From: Bacteroidia bacterium
GTDB taxonomy: Bacteria > Bacteroidota > Bacteroidia > NS11-12g > UBA9320
Length of the DNA stretch: 64,000 nucleotides
NCBI GenBank assembly: GCA_965216465.1
Contig: CBDCFW010000003.1
Coordinates: 160,001 to 224,000, forward strand
Direction: 5' to 3'
Positions within the stretch are counted from its first letter, which is position 1; every line of letters starts with the position of its first letter. The notes under the pieces were generated by a model, which saw only the letters and a list, made by a program, of their open reading frames with translations, did not search any database and had not been told where the DNA came from. Positions 50,668-60,292 of this stretch are shown here, one piece after another. Position numbers and translations under genes: made by a program.

Positions 50668-51524
50668 TGGGAGGCTATCTTAAAATTTATCGACCATTAA
50701 ATTTAATATTTATTGCTGTTGCTCAGCTACTTGCGGGGTATTATCTCAATTTTCAAGCAGACGTTGAAGTATTACTTAAAGGCCATCACCATTGGTTTGT
50801 TATAGGCACTATGGCGTGTGCAGCCTTTGGTTATTGGATTAATGATTTTTTTGATCAAAGGAGAGACCAAATAAACCAAAAAAAGAACCGGTTCATCGCT
50901 TCACTGAATCCGAATGTGGTTTATATTCATCTATTAGCTTTTGTATCTATTGCGTTATATGCCGGTAATCAGCTCACCCTGTGGTTCTCTTTGCTATTCT
51001 TGTTAACCTTGATTTCATTGGCAGTTTATGCCATCTTTCTTAAGAACATTGCAGGGCTAGGCAATTTACTCATCGCTGCATTGTGCTTTATTAGCATTTA
51101 TGCAATCTCAGAACTGTTTATCGATATTGACCGGCTGCTTGTAATTCATTTTTCCGCTTTGGCGGGAATGATTACACTTGCCCGTGAAATTGTTAAAGAC
51201 TGTGAAGATGTAGAAGGAGATCGAGAAACTCGAGCTAAAACAGTGCCAGTGCTCTTAGGACTGCGAAACAGTAATCTCTTGGTTTATGTTGTTGTTCTAT
51301 TCACCATGTCTTTCTTGATAATCTCATTGTATTATCAAAGCCAATTCTTAACAAAACCACTAATGGTTCTGTACTATACATACTATTTCCTGTTTGTAGC
51401 TATACCGCTTTATATGGTTGCTATAAACGTTCGAGTAGCCACTAAAAAAGAACAATATGCTTATTTTAGCCATCTGTTAAAGTATGCCATGTTTACTGGA
51501 ATACTTTCCATTCTATTCTTTTAA
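50667..51524 (+). CDS. UbiA family prenyltransferase (DGGGP-synthase-like)
   Basis: RP-N, NDFFD---D and REIVKDCED--GD aspartate-rich motifs in a multi-TM protein. Confidence 0.85.
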   Translation: MGGYLKIYRPLNLIFIAVAQLLAGYYLNFQADVEVLLKGHHHWFVIGTMACAAFGYWINDFFDQRRDQINQKKNRFIASLNPNVVYIHLLAFVSIALYAGNQLTLWFSLLFLLTLISLAVYAIFLKNIAGLGNLLIAALCFISIYAISELFIDIDRLLVIHFSALAGMITLAREIVKDCEDVEGDRETRAKTVPVLLGLRNSNLLVYVVVLFTMSFLIISLYYQSQFLTKPLMVLYYTYYFLFVAIPLYMVAINVRVATKKEQYAYFSHLLKYAMFTGILSILFF

Positions 51525-52090
51525 TGAATATTTTACTAGGATCTAAATCTCCGCGAAGGAATGAACTGCTCGCTCAAATGGGAGTGGACTTTGTTAATGT
51601 GTCTATCGATACCGATGAAAGCTTTGATCTTCAAATGTCGGTTTATGACGTAGCCGAATTCTTGGCACAAAAAAAATCACAAGCATATAATGTGAAGTCA
51701 GAAGATTTGTTAATCACGGCAGATACTGTAGTAATAGCCAATTCAACCATACTTAACAAACCTTCAAGTGAACACGAGGCGACTGTTATGCTAAATATGC
51801 TATCTGGTAAAACCCATCAGGTAGTTACAGGTGTTTGCTTAAGAACCAAAGAGAAGACTATGAGCTTTAGTGAGAAGACGGATGTTTGTGTAGAAGAATT
51901 AAGTGCTAAAGAAATAGCTCACTACATTAAACGGTATAAACCCTTCGATAAAGCTGGAAGTTATGGCATTCAAGAGTGGTTTGGTATGAACAAAATCTCA
52001 GGTATAAATGGCTGCTATTACAATGTAGTGGGATTGCCGTGCAGTGCATTATATAAGCGTTTAAAAGATGGTTATGGAGTGGAGATTTAG
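51524..52090 (+). CDS. maf: Maf family nucleoside triphosphate pyrophosphatase
   Basis: LGSKSPRR-ELL, ADTVV, KP, DKAGSYGIQ, NVVGLP. Confidence 0.93.
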   Translation: MNILLGSKSPRRNELLAQMGVDFVNVSIDTDESFDLQMSVYDVAEFLAQKKSQAYNVKSEDLLITADTVVIANSTILNKPSSEHEATVMLNMLSGKTHQVVTGVCLRTKEKTMSFSEKTDVCVEELSAKEIAHYIKRYKPFDKAGSYGIQEWFGMNKISGINGCYYNVVGLPCSALYKRLKDGYGVEI

Positions 52091-52568
52091 TTTGTTGTTT
52101 CTCGCTTTTATTTGGGGTTTCGGTAGCGAAACCAAGGCTCAAAATGTTGAGTTTGCGGCAGCTGCATCAATGGAAGTTAACTATTCTGGATATGTCACAC
52201 AACTGGAAGCACAGGCTTCAAAAGACAAACATCAAATCGAGCTTGGACTTCTTTACAATCTCTCAGATGGATACATAAACAACAGTGTGGTGGGTCAGAC
52301 AATTGCCTATCGCTACAGTGTTCTTAAATCACAAAAATGGCAAGCAAGCACGGGATTTAGCTATAAGAGACAAACACCACTATCAAGTTTAACGTTGCAT
52401 CTGATAAACTATGAATTAGGCGTTGAGTTCAAACTTACCGATCGTCTCTTTTTATCGAACCATGTTGGCTACGGGTTGGCACTCGAATCTGTAAAAAGAA
52501 ATGGTGCTCAGTTTTCGGCCAACAACGTATCAGGTTTGTTCAACATAAAATGCGGATATCAGTTTTAA
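52068..52568 (+). CDS. Exported hypothetical protein, possible small beta-barrel
   Basis: Signal peptide ending KAQ, alternating strands, C-terminal GYQF. Confidence 0.55.
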   Translation: MVMEWRFSLLFLAFIWGFGSETKAQNVEFAAAASMEVNYSGYVTQLEAQASKDKHQIELGLLYNLSDGYINNSVVGQTIAYRYSVLKSQKWQASTGFSYKRQTPLSSLTLHLINYELGVEFKLTDRLFLSNHVGYGLALESVKRNGAQFSANNVSGLFNIKCGYQF

Positions 52569-53380
52569 TCATAGCGACCTTTTTGTTGTTTGGATGCCAA
52601 AAAAGTGTTCCAAACGGCCCCAATGTGATGTTGCTTGGTCATGGCGGAGCGGGTTTCGACCTTACGAATGCCAAATTTCCGATTAATTCAGAGAAGAGCA
52701 TTAGCCAAGCATTGGATGTTTATGGTATTGATGGAGTGGAGGTTGACTTAAAATTCACCCGTGATGGAGAGATAGTGCTTTTTCACGACCGATTCTTAGA
52801 AATGAGCACAGATGGTAGAGGAAAAGTAGAGGAGCAAAGCTTTGAAGAGATAATGCAATACCGTTATCGCCAAGAATTTCACAATACGGGTAAAGAACGC
52901 ATTCTGAGCTTAAGTAAATTTATAGAGCTACTTCAGTCACAATGGGTCGGAAAACATGTAAGTTTTAGCATTGATTTAGAGCCCGAAAGTTTGGCCATTT
53001 TCTCAAAAGACAGCTTGTGTCGACTTTTAGTAAACGCATTAGAATCTAGTGGGGTAGTAGACCAATGTTTTGTAGAGAGTTCAGACTTAGAATTGCTTGA
53101 GTTGCTTAAATCCTACAATGAGCAAATAGAATGTTATTGGCTTACTAGCTTAGATGAAGGCCTTTTAAGTATAGCCGATACGCTTATGTTAGACGGGTTT
53201 GTCTTTCATCACTTAGAATCGAATAAAGATCTGCAACAGCAACTAAAAACTTTAAACAAGGGAATTATGCTGTACGGTCAACTTATTCAATCCGACTATG
53301 TAAATCAGGATTATACAGGCGTGACTGCGTTGCAGGTAGACAACCCAATTCAAGCACTGAAATACTTTGAACGCGATTAG
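52550..53380 (+). CDS. Glycerophosphodiester phosphodiesterase family lipoprotein
   Basis: Lipobox LFGC, GHGG, GVEVD---TRDG---LFHD, VDNP. Confidence 0.8.
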   Translation: MRISVLIIATFLLFGCQKSVPNGPNVMLLGHGGAGFDLTNAKFPINSEKSISQALDVYGIDGVEVDLKFTRDGEIVLFHDRFLEMSTDGRGKVEEQSFEEIMQYRYRQEFHNTGKERILSLSKFIELLQSQWVGKHVSFSIDLEPESLAIFSKDSLCRLLVNALESSGVVDQCFVESSDLELLELLKSYNEQIECYWLTSLDEGLLSIADTLMLDGFVFHHLESNKDLQQQLKTLNKGIMLYGQLIQSDYVNQDYTGVTALQVDNPIQALKYFERD

Positions 53381-53910
53381 CTCACGTTAAAGTTATATAG
53401 CTTTTTGTAGTCAGCTAGTGAAGTTCTTAGCTTTCTTTTTGCTACGAAGATTCTAGTTTTAACCGTTCCGATAGGAATTTGCAGCTTTTCAGCAATCTCA
53501 TGATACTTATACCCCAAAGTGTTTAGCTCAAATGTGATGCGTAAATCTTTAGGTAGTTTGTCGATGGCTTCTTCAATGTCTTTACGTATAAACTTTACTT
53601 CACCCATGTTGTACGTGTTGTAAGATTCAGCCTTGTCAATAATGTACTGTTCTTCTTGCGTATCCATAAATGAGTTACGTTTAGTGTTTCGACGGTAATT
53701 ATTAATAAAGGTATTACGCATAATGGTAAATAACCATCCTTTTAAGTTTGTCCCTTTTTTGAATTTTTCAGCGTAAGTCATTCCTTTAAGAAAGGTCTCC
53801 TGAACCAAATCATTGGCATCATCAGGATTTTGAGTTAGCTGCAGAGCGTAGTTTCTTAGGATGAATTCGTGCTCGTGAATGTTGGCCCCAAATGTTGTTA
53901 AGTTTTGCAT
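53377..53910 (-). CDS. ECF RNA polymerase sigma-70 factor
   Basis: DLVQETFLK, WLFTIMRN-FIN-YRR, Y-EIAE-L-IP-GTVKTRI. TACTTTTG promoter at 53930-53937. Confidence 0.92.
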   Translation of the reverse strand: MQNLTTFGANIHEHEFILRNYALQLTQNPDDANDLVQETFLKGMTYAEKFKKGTNLKGWLFTIMRNTFINNYRRNTKRNSFMDTQEEQYIIDKAESYNTYNMGEVKFIRKDIEEAIDKLPKDLRITFELNTLGYKYHEIAEKLQIPIGTVKTRIFVAKRKLRTSLADYKKLYNFNVS

Positions 53911-54129
53911 TTTGTTTAAAGTTATGCCTCAAAAGTAAAACAAATAGATGTATATACAATAGAGGAGAAATGTCGTGGCTGAATAAAATAGACGCTTTTT
54001 CTGTAAAAGCCTTATAATTAGAGTTTTAATTTGCTATAAGTATTGTTTATAGCACTATAAACCGACAATATTCTGACAATTAAACTATGAAAAACCACTA
54101 TTAATTTTTGAAACAGCGATTAAAATTGG

Positions 54130-54555
54130 ATGTTTGTGAGCGAAATGATTACATCGGTCAGTAGAGTAGAAAGATTTAATTCAGCACATCGATTATCTAA
54201 CCCAAAATGGACGGATGAGGAGAATGCTGAGTACTTTGGATTGTGTAACAACAAAAACTTCCATGGTCATAACTACAAGTTAATTGTTACGGTAACTGGA
54301 GAAGTTAATCCAGATACAGGTTATTTAGTTGATTTAAAAAGACTGAAAGGACTTATTAGACAAGAAGTTAGCGACCGATTTGATCACCGTAATCTAAATT
54401 TAGATGTTCCTGATTTTAAAGAATTAAACCCTTCGGTAGAAAATATAGCATATGTAATATGGCATCGCTTGAGGGCTGTGATTAGAGAAAATTTGGAACT
54501 TAAAATTACCCTGTACGAAACCGAAAGAAACTTTGTAGAATATGAAGGAAGATAA
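54130..54555 (+). CDS. 6-pyruvoyl-tetrahydropterin synthase family protein, PTPS-II type signature
   Basis: [17 protein letters not shown] (C-X5-HGH), DH-NLN, S-ENIA, L-ET. Confidence 0.88.
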   Translation: MFVSEMITSVSRVERFNSAHRLSNPKWTDEENAEYFGLCNNKNFHGHNYKLIVTVTGEVNPDTGYLVDLKRLKGLIRQEVSDRFDHRNLNLDVPDFKELNPSVENIAYVIWHRLRAVIRENLELKITLYETERNFVEYEGR

Positions 54556-55192
54556 CGAAATGGAAATTCATCACATTGCTTCGTCACTGGATACACCTTT
54601 AAGGCCAGATGCCTTTGAACTGAACGACGAAGAAAAGATCGAAAAAATTAAACATCACTTTTCTGCTATAATGGAGACGTTAGGTTTAGACCTTAGTGAC
54701 GATAGCTTGTCTCAAACTCCTGGTCGAGTAGCCAAGATGTATGTCAACGAGATTTTTAGTGGACTTAATCCTGCGAATCTCCCAACCTCCACCTTGTTTG
54801 AGAATAAATTTAAATACAGCCAAATGCTGGTGGAGAAAGATATATCTGTATACTCCATGTGTGAACATCACTTCGTTCCTATAATTGGTAAAGCCCATGT
54901 AGCATATATAGCAAACGATAAAGTGATAGGGTTATCAAAAATTCATCGAATTGTTAAGTACTACGCTAAGCGTCCACAAGTTCAAGAACGGTTAACACGT
55001 CAAATAGCTGAAGCACTAAAAAAGACCTTAGACACAGAAGACGTTGCTGTGGTAATTGACGCCAGACATATGTGTGTAGAGTCTAGAGGTGTTGAAGACG
55101 TGACCAGTTCAACAGTTACAGCATCTATTTCAGGACAGTTTCAGAAAGAGGCAACTCGAATGGAGTTTCTGAGATATATCGGTATGAGCTAA
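54542..55192 (+). CDS. folE: GTP cyclohydrolase I
   Basis: [33 protein letters not shown]. Confidence 0.96.
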   Translation: MKEDNEMEIHHIASSLDTPLRPDAFELNDEEKIEKIKHHFSAIMETLGLDLSDDSLSQTPGRVAKMYVNEIFSGLNPANLPTSTLFENKFKYSQMLVEKDISVYSMCEHHFVPIIGKAHVAYIANDKVIGLSKIHRIVKYYAKRPQVQERLTRQIAEALKKTLDTEDVAVVIDARHMCVESRGVEDVTSSTVTASISGQFQKEATRMEFLRYIGMS

Positions 55193-55203
55193 GTCTATTT
55201 AGC

Positions 55204-56043
55204 TCAATTAATAAAGTTCATAGCACGTAGGGCTTCAAGACTAACCTGCAATCGGATGCGTGCAAAGGTGTCCATGTCAAAATCTTCTTGTGGTTCAACT
55301 TTAGTGGCAACATAATACGTTTTATCTCCACGTTCAATCCAGCCAACAAACCATCCTACATTGTTTCCATCTCGAATCGACCACCCGGTTTTACCTCTAA
55401 GGCTATAATCTTTGTTTTGATCAAGCAGCATGATGTTCAAAATTGATGTTCTCGTACCACTTGTAATTGGTAATGAGTCGTTCTTCAAGCGTTTTAAAAA
55501 GTTAATCTGCTCTTGCTGAGATATTTTAGAATCACCAGTCAACCAGAATTGATCAATACTCGAAGAATCGATTGCCATATTTCCATAATCAAATTTAGTG
55601 ACATAGCGCTGCATGTTTTTTACGCCAATTTTGCGAGCTAATTCTTGGTAGCAAGGAACGCATGATGCATGATAGGCCCCATGAAGGTCAAAATCCTTTT
55701 CCCAGATTTTCATTCTACGCTTTTCGCCATCATATTTAAATGTATCAGATAAGGTAATCGCACCGATTTCTAGTCCTATAATGCTGTTTACAATCTTAAA
55801 AGTTGAAGCGGGTAAACTTCCTTGTTGTGTGTATTCAAAATTGTTGGAATAGTACAAATTTTCGATAGGATCATACACCAAAATGGCCCCGTTAAGCAAA
55901 GCAGAGTCTAAGATTCCTTGAAATTGTTCCGTTTCAACATGCATTACAGGTTGAATGGTTTCTGATTCAGGCTGTTGTTCTGTTGGCTTTTGCTTACACG
56001 CAGCAAAGAAAAGCAAAGCTATTGCGAGGTATGTAGATTTCAT
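55204..56043 (-). CDS. Class D (OXA-like) serine beta-lactamase, predicted lipoprotein (start 56043)
   Basis: PASTFK (SxxK), SCV, YGN, FWL, KTG and W-VGW motifs. Lipobox FAAC. Confidence 0.88.
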   Translation of the reverse strand: MKSTYLAIALLFFAACKQKPTEQQPESETIQPVMHVETEQFQGILDSALLNGAILVYDPIENLYYSNNFEYTQQGSLPASTFKIVNSIIGLEIGAITLSDTFKYDGEKRRMKIWEKDFDLHGAYHASCVPCYQELARKIGVKNMQRYVTKFDYGNMAIDSSSIDQFWLTGDSKISQQEQINFLKRLKNDSLPITSGTRTSILNIMLLDQNKDYSLRGKTGWSIRDGNNVGWFVGWIERGDKTYYVATKVEPQEDFDMDTFARIRLQVSLEALRAMNFIN

Positions 56044-56185
56044 TTCAGTTAGTAATATACACATAAACGTCGTTATTTGACAAATTCTTATGTGGCTCTC
56101 AATAATCGTAAATCAAACAACTCTCCACATTTAACGAACGGTAGAATATGGCTCGAGAATAAGCTTAATTTTGCTAACCATTCAT

Positions 56186-59100
56186 ATGAAAAATATCATC
56201 TCTATTTTCTTGATGCTGGTATCCGTATTTGGGTATGGCCAATCAAACACTTATGAACAGGCTGCTGGTGACGACTATTGGAAGAAGCGCAAGCCTCATC
56301 CTGGATATTGGCAACAAGACGTGCATTATCAAATAAGTGCAACTATAAACGATGAAGAAGAGTCAATCGGCGGGATTGAAAAGTTAAGCTATTATAACAA
56401 TAGTCCAGACACGCTGAAAGAGGTTTTCTTTCACTTGTATCAAAATGCATTTACACCAAATAGTTATGCACACGAACTTCGAAAATCAGGTAAAATTGAG
56501 ACTGTATTTGGTGAGCATGAATTAAAAGGCGAAGGAACTCACATAGGGAAGTTTATGGTTAACGGAAAAAAGGTTGACTATACTTTAGACAACACGATAT
56601 TAAAAATCAAGCTGGAACAACCGCTTTTACCTGGTGGCGTTTTGAACTTTGAAATATGGTTTAAAACATTTTGGGATAAACAAGATGGTGGAAATATGCG
56701 AAGAAGGATGAAAACCTTTGCCCACAATGGTGTTACTCACTTTGATGGCGTTCATTGGTATCCTCGTATTTGTGTATATGATCGTAAGTTTGGATGGACT
56801 ACAGATCAACACTTAGGTAAAGAGTTTTATGGCGACTTTGGTCTTTTTGAGGTTGAGCTGCAGTTTCCAAACCAGTACATTGTAGAGGCAACAGGAGAGC
56901 TAATCAACGAAAAAGAGGTTCTTCCTACTGAATTACGCGAGGCAATCGATTTAAAGAACTATAAGGCCCCTCGAACAGAGCTTACTCAGCCCATAAAAGC
57001 TGATGGCACCACTAAAACTTGGAAATACCGAGCGGTTAATGTACACGACTTTGCTTTTACGGCAGACCCAACCTATAGAATGGGTGTTGTAGAGTTAAAT
57101 GGCATTAAGTGTGTAGCACTAGCTCAAGAGAAAAATGCACATCGTTGGCAACAAACAGCACAGTTCTTAGCCAATGTTGTGCAAGTATATTCAGACGAAA
57201 TCGGAGCTTACGGGTATCCTAAAATTGTCGCAGCAGATGCTCGAGACGGTATGGAGTATCCCATGCTGACATTAAATAGTGGAAACTGGCCGGGTCATCA
57301 ATATGTGATAGCTCATGAGGTAGGACACAATTGGTTTTTTGGTATGATAGGTAACAATGAAACCTACCGTTCAGGGTTAGATGAAGGATTCACACAATTT
57401 CTAACCGCTTTGAGTTTAAAAAAGATTGGCAAGCAAGACTACTACGATAACAATGTAGATAAGGCAGTGGTTTTTAATCGATACCTAGGACATGCAGCAA
57501 ATGAAAACAACGCAACGCTCGACGTTCATGCTGACCATTACAACTCTGCTGATCGTCATGGTGGAGGTTACAGCCAAGTATATTTCAAAACGGCAACTAT
57601 GCTCTACAATCTACAGTACGTGCTAGGAGACGAACTTTTTAGTGCTGCAATGAAAAATTACTTTTCACAATGGCAATATGCACATCCTTACTGGGAAGAT
57701 TTTAGAAGCAGCGTTATCCGATACACCAAAGTTGATCTCAATTGGTTCTTTGATCAGTGGATTACTTCAACAAAAACTATCGATTACAAGGTGGGAAGAA
57801 TAAAGAAGGTAGGAGAGACGTCGATAGTGATCATCCATAGAAAGACTACCATGCAAATGCCATTAGATATTGCTGTTGAATTTGCCGATGGAAGCATGGA
57901 GTGGTATCACATCCCCAATACTTATTTCATTAAGCAAACTGATGCCAAGGTGCAACCTACTTGGATCGGTTGGGATCAAATGAACTCAACTTACGACTTA
58001 AAAGTAAATAGTGCTAAAAAGATTAAAAATGTGACAATCGATCCCTCCAACAGGCTGGCTGATATTAACCGATTGAACAATTCGAAGAAAACACCCATTG
58101 AGTTCAAATTTTCAAAGTACAAAGACGTTTACGATAACTACGACAAGTACAAAATGAGATGGCACCCAAATGTTTGGTACAACGGAATAGACGGTATTAA
58201 AATAGGTGCTGATGTATTTGGAAACTTTCACAGCAATAAACATCGCTTCAATGCTTCAGTTTGGTACAATTCAGGTATAGGAAGCAATAGTGTGTATGAA
58301 ACAGAACCGACGGCTCCTGTATCCTATAAGGCATCGTACTCTAATCGCGTTGGAAAGCTGTTAAACCTCAACTTAGCTTCGCGTTACCTTGATGGTCTAG
58401 TGCAACAAAAAGTTGGTTTAGATAAGCAAATAGGTCCAAACAAACTGGCTATTTATGCCAAAAGCAATTACCGAAATACTGCGAGTGATTTACGCTATTT
58501 GATTTATGATGAATTGTGGAATGCAGGACAGTGGAATAATAATTTAAATATTACTTGGGATAGAAGTTTGCGTTTCTTCAATGGAAATGGGCGAATAAAA
58601 ATGACCTCGCGTGCAGCATTTTTAAACTCAGACTACAATTATGCCCGAATTAACACTACGCTTACCCGAAACTTATCGGTTAAGAAGCTTGACGTTCGAA
58701 CACGAGCATTTGCGCAATACGGTACGGGTAATTTTGCACCTGAATCAAGGTTGATGCTTGCTGGTGCAAATAACGAAGAGCTCATGGATAATCCATTTAC
58801 AAGAAGCGTTGGTATTGTTCCTTCCGATTGGGAAGGTTTAGGCAATGACTTCAATCACTTCCACGCTGGAGGCGGACTTAATTTAAGAGGTTACAGCGGT
58901 TACAATGCCACAAATTTGGTGGATAGTCAAGCAGTATTTGTGGGCACCGGAACTTCTGGAATAGCAGCTAATGTTGAATTAGACTTTACCCGATATATAC
59001 CTATCAAAAAGGGTATTCCAACAATTCGTGTTAATTCATATTTATTTGGTGATGCAGGCTGGATAGACAATAACGGAGATGGAAGCGGGGTTAGAATTGA

Positions 59101-59263
59101 TGCGGGATTAGGCTTCTTAATTTCGAAGCGGTTCCCGAAAACAAGTTATTACAGACCTGTAACACTTCGAATAGATTTGCCTTTCTTTGTGAATCGACTT
59201 CCTGCAGGGCAAACCGATTTTTTTGCCATGCGTTATGTTGTAGGAATTAACCGAGCATTTTAA
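56186..59263 (+). CDS. M1 family aminopeptidase with C-terminal Omp85-like beta-barrel (start ATG 56186)
   Basis: Signal peptide ending YGQ, DGMEY, HEVGH-X18-E, YFKT. C-terminal ~370 aa has GGGLNLRGY, FGDAG, DAGLG and a terminal Phe. Confidence 0.85.
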   Translation: MKNIISIFLMLVSVFGYGQSNTYEQAAGDDYWKKRKPHPGYWQQDVHYQISATINDEEESIGGIEKLSYYNNSPDTLKEVFFHLYQNAFTPNSYAHELRKSGKIETVFGEHELKGEGTHIGKFMVNGKKVDYTLDNTILKIKLEQPLLPGGVLNFEIWFKTFWDKQDGGNMRRRMKTFAHNGVTHFDGVHWYPRICVYDRKFGWTTDQHLGKEFYGDFGLFEVELQFPNQYIVEATGELINEKEVLPTELREAIDLKNYKAPRTELTQPIKADGTTKTWKYRAVNVHDFAFTADPTYRMGVVELNGIKCVALAQEKNAHRWQQTAQFLANVVQVYSDEIGAYGYPKIVAADARDGMEYPMLTLNSGNWPGHQYVIAHEVGHNWFFGMIGNNETYRSGLDEGFTQFLTALSLKKIGKQDYYDNNVDKAVVFNRYLGHAANENNATLDVHADHYNSADRHGGGYSQVYFKTATMLYNLQYVLGDELFSAAMKNYFSQWQYAHPYWEDFRSSVIRYTKVDLNWFFDQWITSTKTIDYKVGRIKKVGETSIVIIHRKTTMQMPLDIAVEFADGSMEWYHIPNTYFIKQTDAKVQPTWIGWDQMNSTYDLKVNSAKKIKNVTIDPSNRLADINRLNNSKKTPIEFKFSKYKDVYDNYDKYKMRWHPNVWYNGIDGIKIGADVFGNFHSNKHRFNASVWYNSGIGSNSVYETEPTAPVSYKASYSNRVGKLLNLNLASRYLDGLVQQKVGLDKQIGPNKLAIYAKSNYRNTASDLRYLIYDELWNAGQWNNNLNITWDRSLRFFNGNGRIKMTSRAAFLNSDYNYARINTTLTRNLSVKKLDVRTRAFAQYGTGNFAPESRLMLAGANNEELMDNPFTRSVGIVPSDWEGLGNDFNHFHAGGGLNLRGYSGYNATNLVDSQAVFVGTGTSGIAANVELDFTRYIPIKKGIPTIRVNSYLFGDAGWIDNNGDGSGVRIDAGLGFLISKRFPKTSYYRPVTLRIDLPFFVNRLPAGQTDFFAMRYVVGINRAF

Positions 59264-59917
59264 ATGATTAAAGCAGCAGGGATAAGCAAAAAATATGGAG
59301 ACCTAGAGGTCTTAAAAGCCGTAGATATTGAAATCGGCGATTCAGAAATTGTTTCAATCACAGGACCAAGTGGAGCTGGTAAATCAACCCTGCTTCAAAT
59401 ACTAGGAACCCTAGATGCACCCACGTCTGGCAATGTCGCATACAACAATACCGATGTAAGCAGCTTAAAGCGAAAAGAGCTAGCTTCTTTTCGAAACAAA
59501 AACATTGGCTTCATATTTCAATTTCATCACTTGCTACCTGAGTTCTCGGCGGTTGAAAATGTTGCCATGCCAGCCTTTATTTCAGGAATGGGAAAAGCGA
59601 AAGCAACTGACAGAGCAAAAGAACTATTAGGCATGCTAGGCTTGTCTGAACGCTTGAACCATAAACCAAATGAACTGAGTGGAGGAGAGCAGCAAAGGGT
59701 TGCTGTGGCAAGAGCATTAATGAATAAGCCCGATGTGATTTTTGCCGATGAGCCCAGTGGAAACCTAGATACAGAGAATGCTCGAGATTTGCACGAGTTA
59801 TTTATCAAATTGAGAGACGATTTCAATCAATCTTTTGTCATAGTTACACACAACTTGCAATTGGCAGAATTGGCTGATCGCGTGGTGAAGATGAAAGACG
59901 GAGTTATCTTAAAATAA
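59264..59917 (+). CDS. LolD-like ABC transporter ATP-binding protein
   Basis: [46 protein letters not shown]. Confidence 0.88.
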   Translation: MIKAAGISKKYGDLEVLKAVDIEIGDSEIVSITGPSGAGKSTLLQILGTLDAPTSGNVAYNNTDVSSLKRKELASFRNKNIGFIFQFHHLLPEFSAVENVAMPAFISGMGKAKATDRAKELLGMLGLSERLNHKPNELSGGEQQRVAVARALMNKPDVIFADEPSGNLDTENARDLHELFIKLRDDFNQSFVIVTHNLQLAELADRVVKMKDGVILK

Positions 59918-59955
59918 TACAACCATTAACCAATAGAAGACTTAATTTTGTACCG

Positions 59956-60216
59956 ATGAATCTAGTTATTAAGAATCTACCAAAGAGTTACAACGCCCAC
60001 TATCTTGAAATGTTATTCGAAAAATTCGGAGAATTGGAATCGGCAAAAGTCATTTATGATCGCGTTACACGCGAGCCAACAGGAACCGGCTTCGTAGAGT
60101 TTGAGAAAGAAGAGGATGGACTTAAGGCTATTGAAGAAATGAACGGTAAAGAAATACAAGGCAATGCACTAATTGTAGAAAAGGCTCGTCCTCGTCGAGT
60201 AAACATTTGGAGCTAG
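59956..60216 (+). CDS. RRM-domain RNA-binding protein
   Basis: RNP2-like LVIKNL, RNP1-like TGFVEF, AI-EMNG-EI-G--L-V--A. Confidence 0.9.
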   Translation: MNLVIKNLPKSYNAHYLEMLFEKFGELESAKVIYDRVTREPTGTGFVEFEKEEDGLKAIEEMNGKEIQGNALIVEKARPRRVNIWS

Positions 60217-60239
60217 TTGCAGCAATAATTTTGTTCTAC

Positions 60240-60276
60240 AAAAAAGGCTAATTCAATAAAGAATTAGCCTTTTTTT
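60240..60276. terminator. Bidirectional terminator
   Basis: AAAAAGGCTAATTC-AATAAA-GAATTAGCCTTTTT between convergent genes. Confidence 0.9.
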
Positions 60277-60292
60277 ATAAGTCCTATTTCGA

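Noticed and set aside
50667-51524. Archaeal-type ether lipid pathway suggested by the DGGGP-synthase-like gene
   Set aside because: This UbiA subfamily is common in Bacteroidota, no GGGP synthase is in the window, and substrate cannot be assigned from the motifs.
54061-54129. preQ1 riboswitch or Pho box upstream of the PTPS/folE genes
   Set aside because: No preQ1 stem-loop consensus is present. The TGTCA-N6-TGTCG match is only two short repeats with no phosphate-related target, so it is kept only as a generic motif.
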